Shown here: positions 30,533 to 39,836 of the stretch, piece by piece
How positions within the stretch are numbered: position 1 is the first letter of the stretch
Layout: each line of letters opens with the position of its first letter
Assembly (NCBI GenBank): GCA_963796105.1
Contig: CAWCKJ010000008.1
Location: 1 to 64,000 of the forward strand
DNA length: 64,000 nt
Reading direction: 5' to 3'
Source of the DNA: a candidate division FCPU426 bacterium
GTDB taxonomy: Bacteria; Oederibacteriota; Muellerivitia; Muellerivitales; Muellerivitaceae
Translations under genes and position numbers: made by a program
The notes under the pieces: generated by a model
Told to the model about the DNA's origin: nothing
Seen by the model: the letters and a program-made list of their open reading frames with translations, nothing else
Databases searched by the model: none

Positions 30533-31014
30533 AATTCTCCGTTTCCCCCCTTTCAAGACGTACCGGAAAAACAATTTGATTTGTGCGACCATGCAATTTT
30601 CAACCAGGAATCCCGGTGCAAATGGTTGGATGTTCATCGAATCAAGCGAGTTTCGAATCATTTTCGACTCAGGATTAAAGCCTATTTGATTTACGCATTT
30701 TCCACTTTCCGGGCATTTCCCGGACGATTTTTATTGGCTATTTTATAAAATAAACTCATTATTAGCTCAAGTGTTGTTCGTTGTTTATTTAGGAGATTTT
30801 ATATGTGTTGCTTAGTTTTCCTATGAGGGATTGACTCCCCTCTATCGGGCTGATTGATCGGTTTAAAATAAGTTGGGCAGGGGGTGAATTATATAATGCC
30901 ATTTTCACGAATGAATTTCTTGCTTGCATTTAACGCTAAAAACACATCTTCCTCTGTTTTAAAATTATATTTTTTGAATTTATTAAGACCAATTTTCTCA
31001 CTAGGAACAAAATA

Positions 31015-33066
31015 TTGATTCCGGGTCTAATTTTTTTGGTCGCATTTGGATTCTTATTACTGGGTGTAAACCCCTCTTTTTATGTTGATGACAGCCCTGA
31101 AACAATCACGGCCGCTACCTTGCTGGGCATTCCACATCCTCCTGGTTATCCTTTCTATACATTATTGGGACGTGTATCTTCTTTAATACCCTTATCCCAC
31201 GTCACGTTCCGAGTGAATCTTATTTCCGGATGTTTGGCGGCCGCCGTGTGCGTAGCCCTGTATTTTTTTATCAAAGATAAGGTTCAACTTCCGAAAGCCT
31301 TAGCACTCATCATATCCTCGCTTTGGCTTTGCGGTGCGACTACGTATCCCGCGGCTTTAAGCGCGAAAACGGGGATATATCATTTAACGGCATTGTTTTT
31401 AGTGACCATACTATTAGCCCTGGGCCATGGTCGGCTGTTTCTCGCTTCCTTTTTATTTGGCCTCTCCCTGAGCCATCACTGGATGAGCATGGCCGTGTTA
31501 TCGCCGGGATTTATTTATATAGTTATTAATTCAAGAAAGGAAAGAAATTGGGGATGGCATCATATCATTGATGCTATTTCAATAATTATAATCGGCCTGT
31601 CGATCAATCTTTACCTTCCGATGCGCGCTCACCTAAGGCCGATGTTAAATTGGGGCAATCCTGATTCAGCTCAAAATTTTATTTCCAATTATTTTCGGGG
31701 TCAATATTTGGGTGCCGAGGCAAGTGGGGAATTGAATACCTGGATCACCCAGCTTGGATTATGCCTTAGGGCTGGATTTTTAGAATTTTTCGGATTGATG
31801 ATTTTAGCCATATGGGGAGCGTGGAATGCATACAAGAAAGGCTTTCCCCTCTTTCGGGGAATGATTCTTGCCTGGATGACCTTCTTCCTCGTTTTGAGCT
31901 TTTACCTGAACCTCTCCCAGGAGAGGCAATACCTCATCCAGTCCTATGTCCTATGCACACATGTGTTTATTATCATTTTCAGCGCTTGGGCGATTAAGTC
32001 ATTCTTTCAGACTGGGGGCCTTGAGCGAAAACGCGGAGTAATGACCCTTATTTTGGCCATCCTCTTTATGTTGATCGTGTTGGGGATGGGGGTTTTCCGT
32101 TACGCACGGGCAAGGCAAACGGATTATTGTTATACTTACGATTATGTCCTAAATGAGTGGAAGTCCCTCCCGAAAAACTCTCTTTTTTATTGCCGTGGAG
32201 ATAGCGTAGTATTCCCATCGTGGTATTTTCAATGGGTGGAGGGAAAAAGACCGGACCTATCAGTGGTTGGGGTGGATGGGCTACCCATGGAATGGATCCG
32301 CCAAAATCTGGCATTATTCCACCCGGGTCTACAAGTGCCTTTCACAAAAAATCCCGTGGGAAATGAGGCGATTTCGGGAATGGCGAATTGGATGGCTGAG
32401 AAAAACTCGGAACTGGAGCTTTATTTCAGTTTTAATCAGCCTGATGAGGGTCTCATGCCTGGAACAAAACTGGTTCCCTATGGTCTCGCGGCCAAGGTTT
32501 TTTGGAAGGACCAGAAACCCTTTCTGAATTATTCCCGGGCTGAATACCTCTGGAATGTTTTACGATTACGGTATTTACATGATCCCGCGTTCCCCTTCGA
32601 TAAGCGGACCCGTGAGCAGCTTATCGTCAATTACGGAATAAGCCGGAACAGTCTAGGTGTTTATTATGAGGACCTCGGGGATGACGCGAAGGAAAAGCTT
32701 TCATCACACCCGAAAATGCAAGATCTATTGACTATACAGAGTGCTTATGAGAAATCTGCAGATCATTTTTCTTGGGTTCGAAATTGGGACCCGTCCGATT
32801 CGAAATATGCCTATAACCTAGGAAATTCTTTTTTTCACCTTGGACGGCTTAATGACGCTATGGAGTGTTACCGTACGGCTACAACCTTGGAGTCCGATTA
32901 TCCCGAGGCCTACTACAATTGGGCGGTTGCTGCGATGGATAACGGCGATTATCCCCTGGCGGGAAAATTGTTCCAAAAAGCCTTGGAATTAAACCCTGGA
33001 TATGCCGAGGCTAAACGCGGATTGGACTTCGTGGTCCGGAAAACAAGAATAAGCCAGGGCCAATGA
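31015..33066 (+). CDS. DUF2723 (TMEM260-like) GT-C glycosyltransferase with C-terminal TPR
   Basis: 'DDSPETITAATLLGIPHPPGYPFY', 'GLSLSHH', 'YLPMRA...LNWGNP', 'GD...FP.WY.Q.VEG.RPD'; TPRs at the end. Confidence 0.88.
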   Translation: MIPGLIFLVAFGFLLLGVNPSFYVDDSPETITAATLLGIPHPPGYPFYTLLGRVSSLIPLSHVTFRVNLISGCLAAAVCVALYFFIKDKVQLPKALALIISSLWLCGATTYPAALSAKTGIYHLTALFLVTILLALGHGRLFLASFLFGLSLSHHWMSMAVLSPGFIYIVINSRKERNWGWHHIIDAISIIIIGLSINLYLPMRAHLRPMLNWGNPDSAQNFISNYFRGQYLGAEASGELNTWITQLGLCLRAGFLEFFGLMILAIWGAWNAYKKGFPLFRGMILAWMTFFLVLSFYLNLSQERQYLIQSYVLCTHVFIIIFSAWAIKSFFQTGGLERKRGVMTLILAILFMLIVLGMGVFRYARARQTDYCYTYDYVLNEWKSLPKNSLFYCRGDSVVFPSWYFQWVEGKRPDLSVVGVDGLPMEWIRQNLALFHPGLQVPFTKNPVGNEAISGMANWMAEKNSELELYFSFNQPDEGLMPGTKLVPYGLAAKVFWKDQKPFLNYSRAEYLWNVLRLRYLHDPAFPFDKRTREQLIVNYGISRNSLGVYYEDLGDDAKEKLSSHPKMQDLLTIQSAYEKSADHFSWVRNWDPSDSKYAYNLGNSFFHLGRLNDAMECYRTATTLESDYPEAYYNWAVAAMDNGDYPLAGKLFQKALELNPGYAEAKRGLDFVVRKTRISQGQ

Positions 33067-33224
33067 TCCCTTGATAAAGGTATGTTGGCAAGTATTCAAT
33101 TAAAAAAATCAAATTCCAGGTAATCAAGCCCAGCACTTAAGTGATAGTTTATAAAAATACACCTACATGGGCTTGTTATGGAAGTTTTAAAAATAGCAGG
33201 CATCTTTGGCGAATGTGAATTTCA

Positions 33225-35420
33225 TTATCCGTTGTCGCCAACACCCCACCAACGTGTCAAACGAGGGAATGTTTTGCGCATAATGTAATACTCGTTAAAG
33301 GGGGTGTCATCCGTAAGGAAAATCCGTTTATTCGGGTTAGGCATATTGTAATAATCCCCATCCTTGAAAACCGACGCGGCATAATTCTCGATACTCATGC
33401 CGGCCGGAGCCCACTCCATCATGTCAGCCTTGGCAGTAGGTGGCATTTTCGCGAGCATTTCATTCACCGGAAGTACATTAATAGGTTCCATCGAGGCCAC
33501 AAAATAGTGGCCGAAGAGATAACCTGTAGGAGGTGGAAAAATCTTAATATAGGGAAATGTTGTACAAATGGCGCGCGCAAAAGCATCATTGGTTGCAACA
33601 TCATCACCCAAATACCAAAACTGAAGAAGGCCACCTTTTTTCAAACGGCTTTTCACCGTCTCCAAGAACTCCTTGGTATGCAGAAGGCTTGAACCCGCAG
33701 CTTGCGGGGGAGGAGGGGGATCAAGGGTGATTAAATCGTATTTATCCTCGGTTCTTTTGAGGTATCTTCGACCGTCATCCACTACAATATTGGCATTGGG
33801 CCTTTTCAGTAGCGCTTCCGCGTCATCCCAGTAATACCCAAAGGCATCCCGGACGCTAGGAACTAGTTCTACCGCCGTTGTTGAAACGTTCCAACTCAGC
33901 AGTGAGCGGAAGGTCGTGCCCATCCCAAAACAAATGACCAACGCTTTTTCAGGCTTGTGATTCATTAGGCAAAAGGGCAAGTGGGCCATAAACTTGGTAA
34001 CGGCACAGAGAGAAGTAATGCCAACCCCATTCACCAATAAACCACGATTCATTCCCGATTCATACGAGATGACGGTCGCCGCATAATCCCTGCGAGTCAC
34101 ACCCTTCTGAATCGTCTCGTAACTTTCACTGTACCCAATTGATATGATCATCAACACTATGGCCAGGGCTTGCAACCCCAGTCTTGGGAATGTTATCGAT
34201 TTTAAATAGGTTAGTCCCAGGATGATAAATGGAGCCGCCAACACCACCAGCGCCATTTTTGCCCCCAGCCAAGGTAGAAGAATGTATGAAGCCAACAAAG
34301 GCCCCAAAATACAACCAATCACATTAACCGCATATGCTTTGCCAGCGCTTTTGGGATTCCCACCTGAAAGGTCGTCCACCAGTTTGGGCGTTAAGTAACC
34401 CAAAATCGCGCAAAAAGGCAAGATCGTCAACAGCACTCCCGGTATGGATTTGTTCAATCGCGGATCGCTTAAAACAACCGGGAAAAATGAGGAAACCGCC
34501 AAAAACGCAAGAAGGATTTGATTCGTGAAGCTTTTCCCGACAGCCAAACCTTTTCTGTAAACCATCGACCCCAACCATGTGGCCAGGAGATAGGTGAAGA
34601 GGATCGCCCCAAAAGAATAAACCTGGGTTTGAAGGATGGTAGTGAATGCCCTCGTCCAAATGACCTCCATCGCCATGGACAAGAAACCCGTCAAGAATAG
34701 AATGATTACCATGAAATAAGTCTCCGGCCTCCAGAGGGGCTGGGTTTCAGGAGCGGTTTCCGGTTTCTTTGCGGCTTTGGGAATAATTTGGGGAGGAGGG
34801 GCTTGTTTCCCTAATCCCAAACCAAGGTTGGCCACGATGAAATTCAAGACAGCCCCGACGGTGAGAGTGCCCGTAAAACCGAAAAGTTCAATCAGCGCTA
34901 TAACGGTGATAAAAGTTCCTGTCAGCGCGCCTAGGACATTGGCTAAATATAAAAAGCTAAAACTGGTGGTATGGGCTTGGGAGGTTTCCTTTACGTAAGC
35001 CATCATGAATGGAAAGGTGGCTCCCATACAAATACACCAGGGAAGGATGGATACTACAATGCAGACGGCCGAGGCTAAAAGGTAACTCCAGGAATCCATC
35101 TCCCCCAGTTTTAAAAGCGAAGTAGAACTAGCGTTAAAGAGAAAGGGAACCGCAAAAGCCCCCACACCAATGAGAAACTCAATGAGTGCATAGAGATAGA
35201 TGGGGGAAAGTTGATACTTTCGGGCAATCCGGGATACTAAAATCCCGGCAAACCAAGACCCCAATGCTAGTCCCAGCATAAAAACTGAGATGACCACCGA
35301 GAGTACGGGCGTATTGACGCCAAAAGACGCGAATGCAAGCCGGACCCACACAATTTGGTACAACAATCCGCAGAATCCAGAACAGAAAAACATGAAGAAA
35401 AGCGTCTTATTTTTAAACAT
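33225..35420 (-). CDS. Fused membrane (MFS-like)/spermidine-synthase-like protein, copy 1
   Basis: 'FF.SGF.GL.YQIVW.R', repeated 'LY.AN.LG' TM halves, C-terminal SAM-binding fold (LVICFGMGTT, VELVP, DDGRRYL, YDLITLDPPPP); start at MFKNK after AAGGA. Confidence 0.87.
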   Translation of the reverse strand: MFKNKTLFFMFFCSGFCGLLYQIVWVRLAFASFGVNTPVLSVVISVFMLGLALGSWFAGILVSRIARKYQLSPIYLYALIEFLIGVGAFAVPFLFNASSTSLLKLGEMDSWSYLLASAVCIVVSILPWCICMGATFPFMMAYVKETSQAHTTSFSFLYLANVLGALTGTFITVIALIELFGFTGTLTVGAVLNFIVANLGLGLGKQAPPPQIIPKAAKKPETAPETQPLWRPETYFMVIILFLTGFLSMAMEVIWTRAFTTILQTQVYSFGAILFTYLLATWLGSMVYRKGLAVGKSFTNQILLAFLAVSSFFPVVLSDPRLNKSIPGVLLTILPFCAILGYLTPKLVDDLSGGNPKSAGKAYAVNVIGCILGPLLASYILLPWLGAKMALVVLAAPFIILGLTYLKSITFPRLGLQALAIVLMIISIGYSESYETIQKGVTRRDYAATVISYESGMNRGLLVNGVGITSLCAVTKFMAHLPFCLMNHKPEKALVICFGMGTTFRSLLSWNVSTTAVELVPSVRDAFGYYWDDAEALLKRPNANIVVDDGRRYLKRTEDKYDLITLDPPPPPQAAGSSLLHTKEFLETVKSRLKKGGLLQFWYLGDDVATNDAFARAICTTFPYIKIFPPPTGYLFGHYFVASMEPINVLPVNEMLAKMPPTAKADMMEWAPAGMSIENYAASVFKDGDYYNMPNPNKRIFLTDDTPFNEYYIMRKTFPRLTRWWGVGDNG

Positions 35421-36096
35421 GCAAAGTCCTTTCTTGCTATAGCCTATTGGCATCTCTAGGTTTTGAATTCTCGACGAAAAGTACCAAAGGGTTGCTGCCT
35501 GTTCTACGAATAAAAAATCCTTAATATATTACCCTAAATTTCCTTTCTGAATGGAAGAAATCAGAAAAATAATACATTTTTTTATGTCAAAATATCGTTA
35601 AGAAAGGATGTATAAAAGAATTAATAACAAAATATTAGTAATTGATCTCAAATTAAACATCTCAAACAAATGCTCAAGATCTGGTCATGGTTTAATGATT
35701 TCAAATATGAACTTTAGAACGGGCGGAGTGAGAAATTGAATTTTGAAAAATTAATAAAAGGCCAACATTAATATCAAGGTGCTTGCATTTTAAAAAAAGA
35801 ATGAAAACACATAAAGATTAAACAGGAAACTTTAACTTTCATTTTCTGATCAAGTTTATGCATTAACGCTAAAAGCGAATTAGTTGAATTGTAAAAGTAA
35901 GATTCAATATTGGATATAAATTAAAATTCCAATCATTCTTCTGGTTTACAACTGGGAAGAGACAAATTATGCTATCCAAAAATTAATTTTAACAAATTGA
36001 AATTCGCAACATATTTATCTAAGTATTTTGAGAGAGATCTAAATATCGGAAGGAAATGGCATAAGTTTGTATATTGATTTTAATTAAGGAGAGTTC

Positions 36097-38571
36097 ATGC
36101 GTTCCAAACGTAGAACTAAAATTATTAAGAAAAATAATGTGAGTATTAAAAAAAGGACGAACGTTCTTCCGCCGGAACCACTGAAACCGGAAGTCATAAT
36201 TCCAAAGAATGATTCGTTAAGGAAAATATTTTATAAGATTATAATTTCATTATTGCTTTTTGGGGGAATAAGGTTGATTTATTTCCCAATTTCCTTGAAT
36301 TTGACATTATCGGGAATTGGATTGTTGATTATTTCCATTTTCGCCTTATCAAAACACATGCCCGATGGACAAGGCGCACCGCTCATATCCCGATTTCTTT
36401 CCGAAAATGAAGTTGCGGGGCTTAATTCGTCGAGATTTATTACCGCCTTTTGTGTTTTATTATCAATTTTTTTCTTCATCGTGGCTAATCGAAAATTGCA
36501 AACATTAAATCCAGAACAAACAGTTTATGGCGGCTATTGGTTCATTTGGGTTGCGTTACTTTTTCTTGCGTTTCTTCCTCTGAAGTACCTGGATAGAAAA
36601 ATTCGTAATGAAGAAAGAGAAGATCCCTCCCAATGGAAAAAATGGCATGTCTTTATTCTTTTAGGCGTAGGGGCTTTTTTCCTTTTTTACCACTTGGACC
36701 GTTGGCCCAATTTAATGACCATAGATGGCGTTCAATATATGGCCGATGAAATTAATTTTTACAGCGGGCATCACATTACCCCTTTTAGAACTTATGGAAT
36801 GATCATTACGGGTTTACCCACCATGTTAACCGGTTTGTTCTTCAAGATTGCAGGGGTATCCTATTTTTCCGTTATTCTTTTTCCTGTCCTGATAACATTA
36901 ATTTGCTTACCTTTTTTGTATGGTTTTTATCGGTATTTTCTTCCAGGCGAGTTTGCTTTTTTAGGCGCTCTATTAACGGTGATGTCCCGCTGGGTCCTTT
37001 TCCAAGTGAGGAATGCTCATGTGGCAAATTTAGTTGTCGGAGTGGAAGCGGCATGCCTTTATTTTTTTATCAGTGCCATTGAAACCGGAAAGAAAAAATA
37101 TTTTATTTGGTTCGGCCTATCTTTGGCACTTTTTTTCCATCTTTATCTTGCAGCCCAATTGATGACGGTGTTTTTAATAACGTTCTTTCTTTGCGTTTCA
37201 TTATTTTCTTATAAGAATATTCTTCGAAATAAATATCAATGGTTGTTCGCTTGGAGTATTTTTGTTTTGTTTGTTTTGCCCTTATGTATATGGTATTTGC
37301 AAAATCCCAATGAAATAACCTCGCGTCCTGCAGAAGTCAATATTTTCAACCATCTGAGTTTAAAGACTGAGCATGGGATGGATTTACTTTGGAACAATTT
37401 TCGGGACGCAATGGCGATGTTTAATGTTTTTGGTACAGGCCTTCCGAATTTTAATCTACCTTGGGTTCCCATGTTAGATCCCCTTACTGGATTCTGTTTA
37501 TGGGTAGGATTAGCTTGGTGTTTATTCCAATTAAATAAATGGCCCTATTTTTTCGCAATATTAGGGTTTTCTTTTAGCTTTATAGGAGTTGTCCTTGCGA
37601 CGCCTTGGCCAGCCAGCCCTATGAGAGGGATCACAAACGTTTCATTTTGTCTTTTATTCGCAATGATTGGTGCTGATCGATTAATACGTTTTATTTGTTT
37701 AGCTTTTTATGAAATTAGAAATCAGTTGCGAATACTTTTATTGGTATGCATTGCTGGAATTGCGGCTTTCTGGAATTACGATGTTTATTTTCAAAAGACC
37801 TCTAAATCGCCAGCTATTTTAGAAGCGGGTGCACATTTGGGCCTTTTAGCAGGTCAAACTCTCGGAAAATATCCCTCGGGTTGGGACTTGTATTTCACCA
37901 CCCAAGGAGAACTGGTGGATGATTTGAGATATAAACAAGATATGACTTATAAAAAAGGAACCCTTCATAGTTTCAGGCCAATACCTCCATACATGCCGAT
38001 TCAAGATATCCCCGAAAAGGGAGCAGTTATTATGACTAGTCCCGATGGTTTGGTTTTTTCGGATTGGTTCGAATATTTCTACCCGCGCGTTAAAAGATAT
38101 TTAGTAAATGATGCCTTAGATAGGCTCGCCTATTGTGTTTGGGAAATGACCCCGGATGATATAAGGGAAAGCTTGAAATTGTCAAAATCCAATCCTCCTG
38201 GCGGAGTGCATGTCATGGCGTATTTGCCCAACGGCCGCCGATCGCCCAAGGAAAAATGGCCAACACTCTTTGATCTTCAAGAGTGGGTAAACCCCTGGAC
38301 GGATTTAGATAAATGTGTTGTTGAAGGATATTTAAAGTTAACCAATAGACCCCTATGGTTAAAAGCCCAAGGACGAGCCGTAATATATATTAATAACATT
38401 AAGATAGGTGAAATTCCAGCAGCTGGACCTTCGGATTTTTATTTCCCCAAATTGACTAAAAAGTCCCACTTGAGGGTTGAGTACACCCCAAATAATCATC
38501 AATTTTCTTTTAAAGGCCTCTTTTATAATGACGGGGATTGGAAACCAGTGCCTTCAAGCGCTTGGGAGTAA
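36097..38571 (+). CDS. PMT_2/GT39-like (GT-C) membrane glycosyltransferase with extracytoplasmic C-domain
   Basis: About 13 TMs, 'F..LD.WP....DG', 'W.L...R', 'N.P..PMLDP.TG', 'WNY.VYF'; AAGGAG RBS. Confidence 0.75.
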   Translation: MRSKRRTKIIKKNNVSIKKRTNVLPPEPLKPEVIIPKNDSLRKIFYKIIISLLLFGGIRLIYFPISLNLTLSGIGLLIISIFALSKHMPDGQGAPLISRFLSENEVAGLNSSRFITAFCVLLSIFFFIVANRKLQTLNPEQTVYGGYWFIWVALLFLAFLPLKYLDRKIRNEEREDPSQWKKWHVFILLGVGAFFLFYHLDRWPNLMTIDGVQYMADEINFYSGHHITPFRTYGMIITGLPTMLTGLFFKIAGVSYFSVILFPVLITLICLPFLYGFYRYFLPGEFAFLGALLTVMSRWVLFQVRNAHVANLVVGVEAACLYFFISAIETGKKKYFIWFGLSLALFFHLYLAAQLMTVFLITFFLCVSLFSYKNILRNKYQWLFAWSIFVLFVLPLCIWYLQNPNEITSRPAEVNIFNHLSLKTEHGMDLLWNNFRDAMAMFNVFGTGLPNFNLPWVPMLDPLTGFCLWVGLAWCLFQLNKWPYFFAILGFSFSFIGVVLATPWPASPMRGITNVSFCLLFAMIGADRLIRFICLAFYEIRNQLRILLLVCIAGIAAFWNYDVYFQKTSKSPAILEAGAHLGLLAGQTLGKYPSGWDLYFTTQGELVDDLRYKQDMTYKKGTLHSFRPIPPYMPIQDIPEKGAVIMTSPDGLVFSDWFEYFYPRVKRYLVNDALDRLAYCVWEMTPDDIRESLKLSKSNPPGGVHVMAYLPNGRRSPKEKWPTLFDLQEWVNPWTDLDKCVVEGYLKLTNRPLWLKAQGRAVIYINNIKIGEIPAAGPSDFYFPKLTKKSHLRVEYTPNNHQFSFKGLFYNDGDWKPVPSSAWE

Positions 38572-38610
38572 AGTCTGAAAAGCATTCACGAATATTATCT
38601 TGATTTATAA

Positions 38611-39664
38611 GTTAGGCTCAAGTTTCTAGTGCAACACCATTATCCTCAGAGGAGGGGGTGCTTGCACAATGGAAAAGTACCGTCGTTACAGTTTTGAAGA
38701 ACGGGAAGAATTGAGTCGTGGTCTTTCCCGGGGTGAGAGTCTGTGTCAAATAGCACGTCTATTAGGACGGCATACATCGACTTTATGCCGCGAAATCCGA
38801 CGAAATACCTGTAATCCTAATCTTTATCGAGCGGTTTTGGTGCACGGTGAAGCCCAAATCCGCAGGGCTGTCCGAAAAAGGAAGTTGAACCAGCATCCCC
38901 GTTTGAGAGAATATGTGTTCACGAAGCTTGCGCTACGGTGGTCACCAGAGCAGATCTCCCAGGCGCTTCGGCGAGAATTCCTACGGGATGAAAACATGCA
39001 TATCTCACACGAGGCTATCTACACCTATTTGTATGTGTTGCCCAGGGGAGAGCTGAAAAAAACACTGGTTGGGTATTTGAGACGGAAACGCAAAGCCCGT
39101 CGAAAAAGGACCGGACTAAAAGAGCAACGGGGCCAAATCCCTGAAATAATCAGCATTGAGGAGCGTCCCGCCGAGGTAGCAGATCGAAGTATTCCCGGTC
39201 ATTGGGAAGGCGATCTTCTAATGGGAAAAGACCATCGGTCGGCGCTTGGAACACTTGTGGAAAGAAAGATCCGGTGGGTGTATCTCGTGCCGCTCAAAGA
39301 CAAGGATGCGGAGAGTGTTCGCAAGTCCTTCAGTAAGGCCATTTTGAGGCTGCCCAAGAGCCTGCGCAAGAGCATGACGTACGATCAGGGTAAGGAGATG
39401 GCGGAGCACAAACTGTTTACGAAAAAAAAGAAAGTAAAAGTATATTTCGCCCATCCGGGTTGTCCATGGGAACGAGGCACCTGCGAGAACACGAATGGAT
39501 TGATACGACAGTTCTTTCCAAAGGGGACGGATTTCAACAAGTTTTCATTAAAAGAGATTCGGTGGGTCGAGAAGCTACTAAACGAAAGGCCGAGAAAAGT
39601 TTTGGGGTTTAGAACACCCCAAGAAGTCATTGCAGGGATGTTGCGCTAGAAGATTGAATCCGCC
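38611..39664 (+). mobile_element. IS30-family insertion sequence
   Basis: Imperfect IRs (..TCAAGTTTCTAGTGCAACA at left; TGTTGCGCTAGAAGATTGAATCCGCC at right); possible TAA target duplication (38608-38610, 39665-39667). Confidence 0.85.
38669..39649 (+). CDS. IS30-family transposase
   Basis: HTH 'IARLLGRH.STL.REIRRN', 'WSPEQI', 'ISHEAIY', 'GHWEGDL', 'TYDQGKEM', 'PWERGTCENTNGLIRQFFPKG'. Confidence 0.95.
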   Translation: MEKYRRYSFEEREELSRGLSRGESLCQIARLLGRHTSTLCREIRRNTCNPNLYRAVLVHGEAQIRRAVRKRKLNQHPRLREYVFTKLALRWSPEQISQALRREFLRDENMHISHEAIYTYLYVLPRGELKKTLVGYLRRKRKARRKRTGLKEQRGQIPEIISIEERPAEVADRSIPGHWEGDLLMGKDHRSALGTLVERKIRWVYLVPLKDKDAESVRKSFSKAILRLPKSLRKSMTYDQGKEMAEHKLFTKKKKVKVYFAHPGCPWERGTCENTNGLIRQFFPKGTDFNKFSLKEIRWVEKLLNERPRKVLGFRTPQEVIAGMLR

Positions 39665-39836
39665 TAATGAAAAACTCATCGAGGAAAAATTGGTTGAATC
39701 ATTATTCTATTTCTTTTGGTTCAAATATAGGGCTGAAGAATTTGGCGAATTAATAAGCAATTAATTTAAAAAATCTATAATTGTGTTTAAATTTAATAGG
39801 CAATTGGTGGATTATCTCCGTAAATGGTTTGCGAAG

